A stretch of DNA of 64,000 nucleotides, taken from positions 32,001 through 96,000 of the forward strand of contig CAWDXE010000005.1 of assembly GCA_963806185.1 (NCBI GenBank), in the 5' to 3' direction. The notes beneath the pieces are model-generated. The model did not search any database. It worked only from the letters and a program-made list of their open reading frames with translations, and was not told where the DNA came from. Positions within the stretch are counted from its first letter, which is position 1, and each line of letters starts with the position of its first letter. Positions 9,601-18,383 of the stretch are shown here, piece after piece. The translations under genes and the position numbers were made by a program. The stretch is from an uncultured candidate division Zixibacteria bacterium. Its GTDB lineage: Bacteria; Zixibacteria; MSB-5A5; GN15; FEB-12.

Positions 9601-11795
9601 GTCGAAATCGTCTGCAAAATCGCGCCGGTCGCCAGATCGGTGATCACGTACGCAGACTGAATGCCGTCACGATAGGCGCAAATCACATTGCCGTCCCAAA
9701 TGATCGGGCCGTTGTCTGCGGTGACCAGTCCAGCGCCACCGTCACGGAAATGGCTCCAGTTCAACGTCAGATCGCAATAGGCATCGCCGATCGAATTGAT
9801 CGAAGCACTGGTACGATTGAAATCGTGAGCCAGCGTCGGCCAATTGTCTTCGACACCGCAAGCGCGTTCTGTCGGAGGAATCGAGCACATATCAACTTCG
9901 AACATGAAGTTGTCATCATAACCCGCGGCAATGGCGAAGCTGCGCCAGTACGGCGGATTCACACCGTCATCAACCATATCCCAGACGCCGCCGTTCTGCA
10001 TCGCATGCGGGTGACCCGAAGGCGGAGAGCCTGAGTCTTCCGAATACTGATACAAGAAATCGGTCACGTCTCCCGGATTCGGGAATATCGGCGTCCAACC
10101 AACATAAAAGTCACCGACGACCTGGTAGCCGCCGGGGATTACCACTTCCGTCCACCCAGGCCAGAACGTCGGAGACGGTACAGCCTGAGAATACAACAAG
10201 GCTCCCGGACCAGACGGCGTCGACGCCCAAATAGAGGCGTTGATACCCGCTGTGCCCGCGCCATTAAAGTCGATCAGGAAACGCATCTTATCGATGCGAT
10301 TGACGACTATACCTTTGATTTTCTGAGCCACAGCCACACGACCATTTGTGACTGTCGGGTCTGGCCGGACTGAATAGACATAATAGTCCGGAGCATCATA
10401 GAGCACCTTCGTCGCACAAACCTTGAACTCATCAGCACAAAGCTGCGGACGAATGTCCCAGTTGCCGTCATACACGAGACCGTAGCCAGGACCGAAGTCC
10501 GGGTTGGTCGCGGTACGATCCCACTCGGCGAGCGGAGCGGTGAAATTCACCGAACCACCACCATAAGTGCCGTCGATGGCATAACGGAAATACACCGCAC
10601 CATCGGCGATATTGTCGCTCGACATCTGTACCGTAATATGGTACGGACCAGGAGCAAGTACCGTACCAAACGGGAACGGCACGATGGCGGTATCACGACG
10701 GATAGGCAGAGCCGAACCATCGTTGTTCGTCACCGGATAGATATTGGCCAAACCGCCGGCCAGCGTCGCGGTATGCAACGGACCTGTCGATTTGTCAATA
10801 TAACCCAGTGAATCAGCCCACACCGACACCACGAGTCCGTTGGTGCTGGTCGGACCATACAGGTAGTGCGGCGGCTTCGCCGGGCTGCCCGAACCGGTAT
10901 TGTCAACCGTCATGACCTTCACGGCATTGAGGGTCTCAGGACCTTCAGCGACAAACCGCTGAGCAATACCATTCAGGATGGCCGGAGCAAAACCCGGTTC
11001 CGGAATCGGAATCGAATACATGCCGCGCGGATCGATAACATTGCTGTAGCACTCGGAATAGAAGAAGCACTGGTTCGCAGCAATGCGAGCATCATAATCA
11101 GTCCCGAAGGCAGCAAGAATCGTCGTCCAGCCGGCCATATAGTAACGGCCGCGACCAGTCGGCGAACCACCGTTGCCGGTGATGCCAATCTGCATCGTGT
11201 CGGACGCGGCGCCGGTGACGATTGCGCTAATCCAGTATGAGCCCGTGCCTTCCGGTACGTTTACCGTCGACGGAAGGGTGTACAGGATGTTCCCCACCAC
11301 AGGCGTGAAGGGAAACGAGGCGATTACGGTACCCGGAACACCAGCGTTATCAGCATGAACACTGATGGTCAACGTCGGAGTACCAAATACGCCGTAGCAC
11401 CGAATGCCGACTTGATACACTTCGGCTCGGTATTGGGGAGGTACATCGAAGCTCATGGCCATGCCTTCGCCCCAATCACCAGCGAACTTCACCGAGTAGT
11501 ACGGACCGGCAAGAGCATAATCCGTGATTCCGCAAGAGGTGGTGTCAACTGACGCCACATGCAGGTTACCGGAATTATCCTCAACCGGAACCGGACCACT
11601 AATCGGACGATGGCTCGCCGGGAGGGTCTGGCTAAAAGGCCAAGTAGCCACTTTCGACGAGGGATTGACCGGTGCCGTTGGATGGAGCACCGACTTTTCC
11701 ACTCGGTCGACTTTCGGATTCTCCGAAAATGCTGTACCGCCAAGAGCTACGACTAACCCTAAAACAAGTACGGCTATTAGTAGTCGTTTCAACAT
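6636..11795 (-). CDS. 1719-aa secreted protein: repeated beta-sandwich domains, PQQ/BamB-like beta-propeller, C-terminal dockerin
   Basis: Signal peptide; AAGGAGG RBS; WPTLAHDFNRTS and repeated A-x-(T/N)G-x-x-x-W blades; GDVNNDGGVNLADIIYL...GDVDASGGLPNLADVTFL. Confidence 0.85.
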   Translation of the reverse strand: MLKRLLIAVLVLGLVVALGGTAFSENPKVDRVEKSVLHPTAPVNPSSKVATWPFSQTLPASHRPISGPVPVEDNSGNLHVASVDTTSCGITDYALAGPYYSVKFAGDWGEGMAMSFDVPPQYRAEVYQVGIRCYGVFGTPTLTISVHADNAGVPGTVIASFPFTPVVGNILYTLPSTVNVPEGTGSYWISAIVTGAASDTMQIGITGNGGSPTGRGRYYMAGWTTILAAFGTDYDARIAANQCFFYSECYSNVIDPRGMYSIPIPEPGFAPAILNGIAQRFVAEGPETLNAVKVMTVDNTGSGSPAKPPHYLYGPTSTNGLVVSVWADSLGYIDKSTGPLHTATLAGGLANIYPVTNNDGSALPIRRDTAIVPFPFGTVLAPGPYHITVQMSSDNIADGAVYFRYAIDGTYGGGSVNFTAPLAEWDRTATNPDFGPGYGLVYDGNWDIRPQLCADEFKVCATKVLYDAPDYYVYSVRPDPTVTNGRVAVAQKIKGIVVNRIDKMRFLIDFNGAGTAGINASIWASTPSGPGALLYSQAVPSPTFWPGWTEVVIPGGYQVVGDFYVGWTPIFPNPGDVTDFLYQYSEDSGSPPSGHPHAMQNGGVWDMVDDGVNPPYWRSFAIAAGYDDNFMFEVDMCSIPPTERACGVEDNWPTLAHDFNRTSASINSIGDAYCDLTLNWSHFRDGGAGLVTADNGPIIWDGNVICAYRDGIQSAYVITDLATGAILQTISTVTNFDQIGGDARCTPSVYEVGGVPYLFLSAGIPGGMSAWDVSTIPATMVWSADLTNSWNGLAPLDMGNTRYGTVVVVNVGGTDVVYWTDDNNFCYAADATDGTPFWAGPVNLGMSAQKSITTDGANLYFSQFTLVGNGDVKAISCGTGANVWNLAATGGLQASALGTGVTFEYFLCGPTYDASEGTLFVNSQSDGNSPAGGVLYKLNAGTGAIIWDVLSMRAVRSHMMLDAITVIVPTVTRWIPHPLGGDLVCFDKRNGAQVWAAASFPQTASGGGLSGLQRIFNEGVLTCEPDAPDYAIAFSEAGYLGFFNSNNGDEVFHRRIDYAVDANRGGMGAVGTDVDGDLHVVFVDAQGGLYDLEKTNVDRPRLELLQPSPVYFPVPFGSLYDTPITFADIYTNTGCTDLLVSLTASTTSNGTTPPSPARGNSFKMVRDQIAHSASSIADRLTKNSHAFVMATALTDDVNAPAKEATTRSIMNRAALATPFFLIENGTYPGDVFIPANGNIVTAPGDTSGITVRVDGPAISRGPQCFFVEFTTINDPDYYLNDVAMRPEMQLCLVGGCLTDTTFLSFGAGGANTQIVCNMGRVAMADWTPYGIEIDGSADILFAGTYVYGVDSIRIAMNAVPWQSGSTEPQAWISMQGDPNFCDGSCKPALQTGVSLGDATADGLTYFAVSGDLVCKSYIDSVQNFDDGAGGWDWELAQPRPFDAALTMGLYVNTRTIGVTDAPAVVSLLNNMTLEIMEFQERNGDSVKGWYFGANFDHDMNVVDDPAATGTDSAAIDRNHSVGWAFTRGATNTTVAGMVKVPFGCGYDALRVVKRMSSQQSMFDPLVDWDSMYYDMSLAPGFYAQVANFEASDDEQVRYGIATKDFGPNDTTSFGVANFALSGIANPTTSAGNIAALADLVNKWAGFGRGDVNNDGGVNLADIIYLADYINFGPGKPGPIPFKHIGDVDASGGLPNLADVTFLVNYYFNHGACPKGDWAF

Positions 11796-12339
11796 TTAAT
11801 TCCTCCTTAAAATAGGGAAACGGCTGAACCCATCTTCCAAAGCAGGCGCCTTACCCGACCTGCCAATATTATTATCGGCGGCCATTGGGCAATTCACCAT
11901 TTTCCCACTTTTGTGTCTAGGGAAGTGTGAGATCAAAACTCTGGTTAACAAATTCGTCATCTTCCTAATTCTGGAGTCGGAGTTATTGCAAGTACTGACT
12001 AACTCCAATTGTCATGCAAAAGACGCGCTTCTGAACTCTGATAGTCAGGCTTAAAATCGGTTCACCTCCTGATAGTCCCGCAGAAGACATGGCGGTTTGT
12101 AGGGTTCCTGATTAATAATAGAGGTGAAAAGTAATCGGACGCGAACGGACTGAATCAACTCGTCTCGTAACTCATCGTTGACCTCATAAGCCAACATTTC
12201 GTCACCAGACAAACCATGCCCTTGCATCGCAAGGACCGGCTTTCGTTATCGATTCGTCGTTCTTTGTAGAGGTAGGCTATTCGCTGACTACGATTTGGCT
12301 CTCAAGCCTGCAAACAACCATTACACGCACTCGATTGTC

Positions 12340-12367
12340 AATGTACGCGATAATCCTGAATTGTCAA
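12340..12367 (-). promoter_or_regulatory. Sigma-70-like promoter upstream of the large dockerin gene
   Basis: TTGACA-N16-TACATT on the minus strand. Confidence 0.5.
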
Positions 12368-12680
12368 GATTAAATCTGGAACCTTTTTCCACTTTCGCCG
12401 TAGTTTTCCACACCCCGCACCGCATGTAGGACAAATTTTCCACCGTTTTCCGTACTTTGCCGTACCCCTCACATCATGCTCCCATCAGTGCGCCGGATCC
12501 GTAGGTCGGGTTTCGGAGCGAGCGCCGGCTCGCGTAGAAACCCGACACCCTGGCCACTCATCTCCACCGGAATCGTCGGGCTGAGTGGAGATACCACCTT
12601 TCACCTCCAATCCTGGCTCTGCCCTCCACGCCAACCTCCAATCCCTTGACTTCGCCACCCCGCATGCCCGATCTTCCTCC

Positions 12681-15086
12681 ATGCGACTCCTCAACCTCGA
12701 AATCGATAACTTCCGCGTCTTCCGCCACGTAAGCCTGATGCTCCCGGACAAGATCATCGGTATCATCGGCCCCAACGGCGCCGGCAAGTCATCACTCGTC
12801 GAGGCTGTCGCCTGGGCGCTTTATGGCAACCAGGTCGCCCGTTCCGCCAAAGAGGAAATCAAGTCGCTTCTGGCCGCCCCCAACGATCCTTGCCAGGTCG
12901 TGCTCGACTTTGAAATCCGCGGCCAGACCTACCGCGTGCTCCGCCGCCTGGTCGGCAAAACCGAACGGGCGGAAAGCGAAATCTGGCGCGACGGCGTCAG
13001 GCAATCGATCGGGAGCACTGAATCGATCACCTTCATCAGCAGCCTGCTCCGGCTCGACTGGCGCGGTTTCCTCACTTCGTTTCTGGCTCGCCAGCAGGAG
13101 CTCAACTCCCTCTCCGATCTCCAGCCGGCCAAACGACGAGAGCAACTGGCTGCCATGCTTGGAGTAGAACGGGTCGACGATGCCATCCGGCGGGTCCGCG
13201 ACGATGCCCGTTTGCTGGCCCAGAAGACCGAACTCCTCGGCCGTCAGGCCGTCGATCGGGAGCAGCTCGGCGCCAAAGTTCAGGGACTTCGGGAGCATGT
13301 AATCCGCTTCCGTTCTGCCCGCGAAACGAACGCGGGAGCATATTCGGTGGCACGTTCAGCATTGGAGCAAGTCACTGTCCGACACCGGGAGCACGAAGAC
13401 AAACGAACCCGTGCCACCGCCATCGACGGCCGCATGTCGACCCTCGAAGCTACATCATTAATAGTGGCCAATCAGGCCACCACGCTCACTGCCGAACTGA
13501 CTGCCCTCGAACAGGCCGAAACCAGACTGGCTGACCTGACCGCCGGACTCGCCGATTACGATAATGTCCGCACCCAACTTGAGGTACTCCGCGACGCCAA
13601 GGCAAAACTCGACCGGCGCACCGATCTTGAAAGACAGCTCCACGCCGATACCGCCGAACGCGGCCAACATACCGCAAAGTCCGCTACCGTCCGAAAGACT
13701 GTGGACTCGCTCCGCTCCCAACTTGACCAAATGCCTGTGGATATCTCAAATCGACTGGCCGACGCCGATCACCAACTCGAGATATCCCGGCAAACCTATG
13801 TCGAACTCCAGGCCCAGTTGGTCTCCGCTCGACGCGAACTGACCAAGGTCGAAAAGCAAATCGCCGACATCTCTTCGTTTGGCAAAGGCACCACTTGCGA
13901 CCGGTGTCATCGCCCCTTTGGCGATGAGCTCCCCGAGATCAAAGCCCACCTCGAAACCGAGGCCGCCCAGATTCGTCAGATTGTCGCAAACCTCGCGATA
14001 AAACTATCGGAAGCCGAAATTGCCGGCAAAGCCCTTCGTCAAAGCGCCGACCAAATCCGGGCCGACCAGACACGCCGCAAAGAAGTCGAATTGACCCTCA
14101 GCCTGACCAGCCGCGAGCTGGCCGAAATCGACCGTCAGACCTCGTCAGCCGCCAGCCGCCTCAAACAGACCAGCGAAGCCCTGGCCCAACTTGGCGACGT
14201 TACCTTCGACCAACCCCTGTTCGACCGGGTAGCTGTTAGATTCAAAGAACTTGAAAACCTGCGCGCTCAGCGCGACCAGTTGGCCGGCTCCCTGACCCGA
14301 CTGCCCAATGTTCGTACCCAATTAGCCGCGACCCACGCCAACCTCGAATCAATCCGCCAGGAACTGTCCACAGCCCAAGCCGAACGCGTCGCCGTCGGCT
14401 TCGACCAGACCGCCTTCGCCAAGACTTCAGCCGAATTCAATACCGCCTCCCAGGCCGCCGACCTCGCCCGCGACCAGTTGAACAGAGCGACTCTCGAACT
14501 TGAATCCTCCGAACGAGAGCTAGCTGTGTATGAGAAACAACTTGCCGATCTTGCCACGGTGGCCAACGATTTGGAGACGGCCCGCACCGATCAGTTTTAC
14601 GCCGAGAAGCTGAACACCCTGTTTGGTGACTTTCGGAAAGTCCTGATCGCCCGCATTCGCCCCCGCCTGGCCGAACTGGCCAGCGGCCTCATTGCCGACA
14701 TGACTGCCGGCCGGTACAACCTGATTGATCTCGACGAAAATTACGACCTGCGCCTTTTGGCCGACAGCCAGTATTTCGGGATCGAGCGATTCTCCGGTGG
14801 CGAAAAGGACCTGGCCAATCTTTGCCTGCGGCTGGCGATTTCGCAGGCCCTAACCGAGTCGGCCGGTCTCGACCGTTCATTTGTGATTTTGGATGAGGTT
14901 TTTGGATCGCAAGATGAGGAGCGGAAAGAGTTGATCCTGAGCGGCATGGGGCATCTCAAACGCTCCTTCCCGCAGGTTTTGTTGATCACGCATATCGAGT
15001 CGATCAAGGATCGTGTCGAAACATTGATCGAAATCCAGCCGACCACGAGCGGCTGGTCGGAGGTTCGCGTAGTTGGGCAGACGTAA
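12681..15086 (+). CDS. sbcC: SbcC/Rad50-like SMC-family ATPase
   Basis: Walker A GPNGAGKSS, Q-loop ARQQE, coiled coils with central CDRC zinc hook, FSGGE signature, ILDE Walker B, LITH. Confidence 0.85.
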   Translation: MRLLNLEIDNFRVFRHVSLMLPDKIIGIIGPNGAGKSSLVEAVAWALYGNQVARSAKEEIKSLLAAPNDPCQVVLDFEIRGQTYRVLRRLVGKTERAESEIWRDGVRQSIGSTESITFISSLLRLDWRGFLTSFLARQQELNSLSDLQPAKRREQLAAMLGVERVDDAIRRVRDDARLLAQKTELLGRQAVDREQLGAKVQGLREHVIRFRSARETNAGAYSVARSALEQVTVRHREHEDKRTRATAIDGRMSTLEATSLIVANQATTLTAELTALEQAETRLADLTAGLADYDNVRTQLEVLRDAKAKLDRRTDLERQLHADTAERGQHTAKSATVRKTVDSLRSQLDQMPVDISNRLADADHQLEISRQTYVELQAQLVSARRELTKVEKQIADISSFGKGTTCDRCHRPFGDELPEIKAHLETEAAQIRQIVANLAIKLSEAEIAGKALRQSADQIRADQTRRKEVELTLSLTSRELAEIDRQTSSAASRLKQTSEALAQLGDVTFDQPLFDRVAVRFKELENLRAQRDQLAGSLTRLPNVRTQLAATHANLESIRQELSTAQAERVAVGFDQTAFAKTSAEFNTASQAADLARDQLNRATLELESSERELAVYEKQLADLATVANDLETARTDQFYAEKLNTLFGDFRKVLIARIRPRLAELASGLIADMTAGRYNLIDLDENYDLRLLADSQYFGIERFSGGEKDLANLCLRLAISQALTESAGLDRSFVILDEVFGSQDEERKELILSGMGHLKRSFPQVLLITHIESIKDRVETLIEIQPTTSGWSEVRVVGQT

Positions 15087-15738
15087 AAGGGGAAAGCTGG
15101 GCAAAGTCATTCTTGGTGTGGGGGCGGTTGCCGCCGCTGCCGGACTGGTCACTGTCCGTCTCCCCGAACAGACCGGCGACAAACCGCTCGAGGCCCAGAA
15201 CCGGTATGTCGTCGCGCGTGTACTCGACGGCGACACGTTTGAGCTGGAGGGAGGTGATCGCGTCCGCCTGCTGTCGATCGACACTCCCGAGGCTGGTGAA
15301 CCTCTTCACGACGAAGCCAAGCAGCTGCTTAGCAAGCTGACGCTCGGCAAACCGGTCCGCCTCGAATTTGCCACCAACCGCCGCGACAAATACGGCCGTC
15401 TGCTCGGCTACTTGTATGTCGACTCGATCTTCGTCAACAAGATCATACTCGAAAACGGCCTCGGGTATCTGTATCTGTTCAAGGATAATGATGTGCATTC
15501 CGCCGAGGTCCGCACGTTGCTTACGGCGCAGCGGTCGGCGCTGTCGCGCCACATCGGATTGTATGCGCTCGAGCACGAGAAAGAGTCGTACTACGTGTCG
15601 CCGAACCGGGGGTTTCGCTTCCATCGTCCGGGCTGCCGGGGAATAGAGTCATCGCAGGAGACGTCGTTGCGGAAGTATCCGTCCCGTGAGGAGGCCTTGC
15701 AGGATGGCCTGAGTCCCTGCCGCACCTGCAAGCCGTGA
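15073..15738 (+). CDS. Thermonuclease (SNase-like) with N-terminal anchor and C-terminal Ada-like metal-binding domain
   Basis: VLDGDT, VRLLSIDTPE, DKYGRLLGYLY; FHRPGC...PCRTCKP. Confidence 0.88.
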   Translation: MGRRKRGKLGKVILGVGAVAAAAGLVTVRLPEQTGDKPLEAQNRYVVARVLDGDTFELEGGDRVRLLSIDTPEAGEPLHDEAKQLLSKLTLGKPVRLEFATNRRDKYGRLLGYLYVDSIFVNKIILENGLGYLYLFKDNDVHSAEVRTLLTAQRSALSRHIGLYALEHEKESYYVSPNRGFRFHRPGCRGIESSQETSLRKYPSREEALQDGLSPCRTCKP

Positions 15739-15746
15739 GAGGGAAA

Positions 15747-16091
15747 ATGAAACGCCCGAACGTCTACATACTGCTTTGCTCTGACAATTCGTACTACACG
15801 GGCTCTTCGACTGATCTGGAGACCCGCATCGCGCAGCATCAGGCGGGTCAAGTGGATGGGTATACTTCAACCAGGTTACCTTGTAGACTCGTGTTCAGTC
15901 AGGAGTTCGCTTCCGTACTGGAGGCTGTTAGCGCGGAACGCCAAATCAAGGGATGGACCCGGTCAAAGAAGGAAGCACTGATCCGGGGCGATTTCGATCT
16001 TCTCCACGCTTTGTCTCAATGTCACAACTGGTCCTGTTCAAGAAATACGCAGAGACGTGACATGGAGGTGGTGAACAAGAATCGCAAATAG
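15747..16091 (+). CDS. Small GIY-YIG nuclease (UPF0213/YhbQ-like)
   Basis: VYILLCSDNSYYTGSS...RIAQH...ERQIKGWTRSKKEALI. Confidence 0.9.
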   Translation: MKRPNVYILLCSDNSYYTGSSTDLETRIAQHQAGQVDGYTSTRLPCRLVFSQEFASVLEAVSAERQIKGWTRSKKEALIRGDFDLLHALSQCHNWSCSRNTQRRDMEVVNKNRK

Positions 16092-16095
16092 AAGA

Positions 16096-16416
16096 GTCAC
16101 CCTTCGACTGCGCTCAGGGTGACGCTTTGCGGACTGGCGGGATCGGTGCGCGTATGTATAGCTTTGCACTTTGGAATGGGGACAGAGAGTTCATCGTCAC
16201 AGTCTACTCCGCGGCTCCAGGCATGTCTTAGGTACGGTCAAGCGATGGACCGCCATTCTCTTGCACGCCTCTCTTTCGGAAGTGAGGAGCCAACAACTCG
16301 GCACTGCCATGTCGCTTACCCCACTAATATGAATCGGGCTGGCGGTCGGACATATCCGTTCACTCGCGGGCTAAGTTGATCCGCGGAACGTCACCCTGAG
16401 CGCAGTCGAAGGGTGA
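16096..16416. repeat. Inverted pair of GTCACCCTTCGACTGCGCTCAGGGTGAC palindromes
   Basis: Copy at 16096-16123, inverted copy at 16390-16416; related copies near 25328, 28730, 32491, 23996, 6517, 600. Confidence 0.85.
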
Positions 16417-16620
16417 TGACGCCAGCAGCACCCGCTCGGAGACTCGCATCGGTGCTGCCCTACTACCGTTCTTCGAGAGGCTTACCGTCGGGTTTCTCCG
16501 CGAGCGTGGCTCGCTCCGGAACGCGACCTACTACTCCCGGCAGAAGCGCCCCCCCGCTTCAGCCTTCCCTCCCCCCTGCCGATATATCCCTCATGTGCCA
16601 TTTGGAACGGGAGACCTACA

Positions 16621-17028
16621 GTGAATAGCTGCGATATCCTCTTCGAAACCAATCGCTTTAATCTCTCCGACGAAAAGCCGCACTTCATCAACCCCTGCTG
16701 TTTCGGCGAGGACCTGGCCAACTGGCTCACCGGAAGACTCCGCGCGCGCGACATCGAATGCACTGCGCCCGATCAGGAAGACTGGGGATGGTATTTCGAC
16801 GCCGAACTGAACGGACAGCCATATCTGGTTTGCATCGCGGGGAACTCGTCCGAACTCACCAACGATTCGGATCAGGGCGAATGGCATGTCACGGTTGAAA
16901 AACACCGCACCTTCTGGCAACGGCTGACTCGAGCCAATAAGATTGACGATGAAGATATGCTGGCACTGATTATTCAGCGGCTCTTGCGGCAGGAACCGGA
17001 TTTCGCCAATGTCCACGTCGAGCGGTAG
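16621..17028 (+). CDS. Hypothetical protein
   Basis: GGGAG RBS, GTG start; protein-like composition (FINPCCFGEDLANWL, QEDWGWY). Confidence 0.7.
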   Translation: MNSCDILFETNRFNLSDEKPHFINPCCFGEDLANWLTGRLRARDIECTAPDQEDWGWYFDAELNGQPYLVCIAGNSSELTNDSDQGEWHVTVEKHRTFWQRLTRANKIDDEDMLALIIQRLLRQEPDFANVHVER

Positions 17029-17069
17029 ATAATCCAATCGTATTGTCATTCCGGATCGTGATCGGTAGC

Positions 17070-17615
17070 TTGTTGTAGGTCAGGCTTCTATGTCCATTTG
17101 ATCAAGAAGCCTGACGCTCTTTCACGTATTTGACTTTTGCGTCAGGTCCTGCGGCGATTCTCATCGCCGTGTGACCTGACGCTCCCCCCACCAGCCCTCT
17201 CTCTGAAGTTAGTGGGAGCAAGTACGACTTCCGTCTAATGGCCGGCGTACGTCACGTGCGCCGGTTCCTGACCACTCCCCGCTCGTGGCGCACGGGACGT
17301 ACGCAACGCACTAGACAGCAGGTCAGGCTCCCTGTGAGCCTGACAGGTCGGCATAGTGCGCGATTTGTAGGGCAGCATCGATGCTCGCTTCTGAGCGAGC
17401 GGATGCTGCCGGGAAGAAGTGCCCCTCGTCAGGGGCGCAAGGCCCCTGACCTACGGCTACTTGCCCTCCCCTGGATTCCCGCTTTCGCGGGAATGACAGA
17501 AGGGAGCGGGAATGACATGGGTGGGAGTGAGAAGAAGTAGGTCAGGCTCCCTGTGAGCCTGACAGGCCAGTGCCGTAGGGCAGCATCGGGTCATAGTCGG
17601 TGCCACACGGCAGCA
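17070..17615. repeat. Dense mosaic of REP-like palindromes
   Basis: GTAGGTCAGGCTCCCTGTGAGCCTGAC (and a GCAG-headed copy), GTAGGGCAGCATCG..., CTGGATTCCCGCTTTCGCGGGAATGAC, TGGCGCACGGGACGTACGC, GCGTCAGGTCCTGCGG... Confidence 0.85.
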
Positions 17616-17735
17616 CCGAGTTGTTGATTTTCCCGCCGACCGGACTCCATAGTCCACTTTCTCCTGTCATCTGCAAGTCCAAAGCAGTATCTTGCAGGCA
17701 ACCCTTCGGTGCAAATTCAGAGATAGGCAGACACT

Positions 17736-18281
17736 ATGAGATTACGCATCCTGACTTTCATTGCGATCGCACTGATCGCCCTCCTCCCATCTCTACCGGC
17801 ACAGGCCGAAACGAATATCTATCTGGGTCTTGGCGCGGCTCAACCGGTGGGCGACCTTGAGAGTGCTGTCGATCTGGGCTTTGACTTCATGTTCGGCATC
17901 GGCTTCATGGCTACCGAGAAACTTGAGATCATCCCGCAGTTTGGGTACACGGTCTTCTCGCAGACCTATGAGGATTCGCCGCTCGGCGTGGTGACGCCGG
18001 GAATCAACGTAGCCTATCATCCCGGGTCGGCCGAATCTCGAACGCACCCCTACCTGCTCGGATCGGTCGGCGCGGCGTTCCTGTTCGGGTACGACAATCT
18101 CATCGACCGGCAGCGTCTTCTCTTTGAATGGGATTTGGGGCCGGACGAAGTCGCCCCGTTTCTGGCGCTGGGAGGTGGTATCGTTCACCGGAAATTGTTT
18201 GTCGAAGCGCGGTGGGAACGAGTTTTCTCCGATCCGTTCGCCTTCTCCTTCATTGCCGTTCGCGGCGGCGTGCGACTGTAG
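17736..18281 (+). CDS. Outer-membrane beta-barrel-like protein
   Basis: Signal peptide ending AQA, amphipathic strands, HPYLLGSVG, C-terminal VRGGVRL. Confidence 0.75.
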   Translation: MRLRILTFIAIALIALLPSLPAQAETNIYLGLGAAQPVGDLESAVDLGFDFMFGIGFMATEKLEIIPQFGYTVFSQTYEDSPLGVVTPGINVAYHPGSAESRTHPYLLGSVGAAFLFGYDNLIDRQRLLFEWDLGPDEVAPFLALGGGIVHRKLFVEARWERVFSDPFAFSFIAVRGGVRL

Positions 18282-18383
18282 GGCAGCATCGATGCTCGCT
18301 TCTGAGCGAGCGGATGCTGCCGGTAGGTACACTCGTCAACAACCCACGGTCAGGCTCACAGGGAGCCTGACCTACTGCTCGAA

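Noticed and set aside
12681..15086. Wadjet/MukBEF condensin
   Set aside because: Zinc-hook CxxC and size fit SbcC/Rad50; no kleisin or JetABD partners
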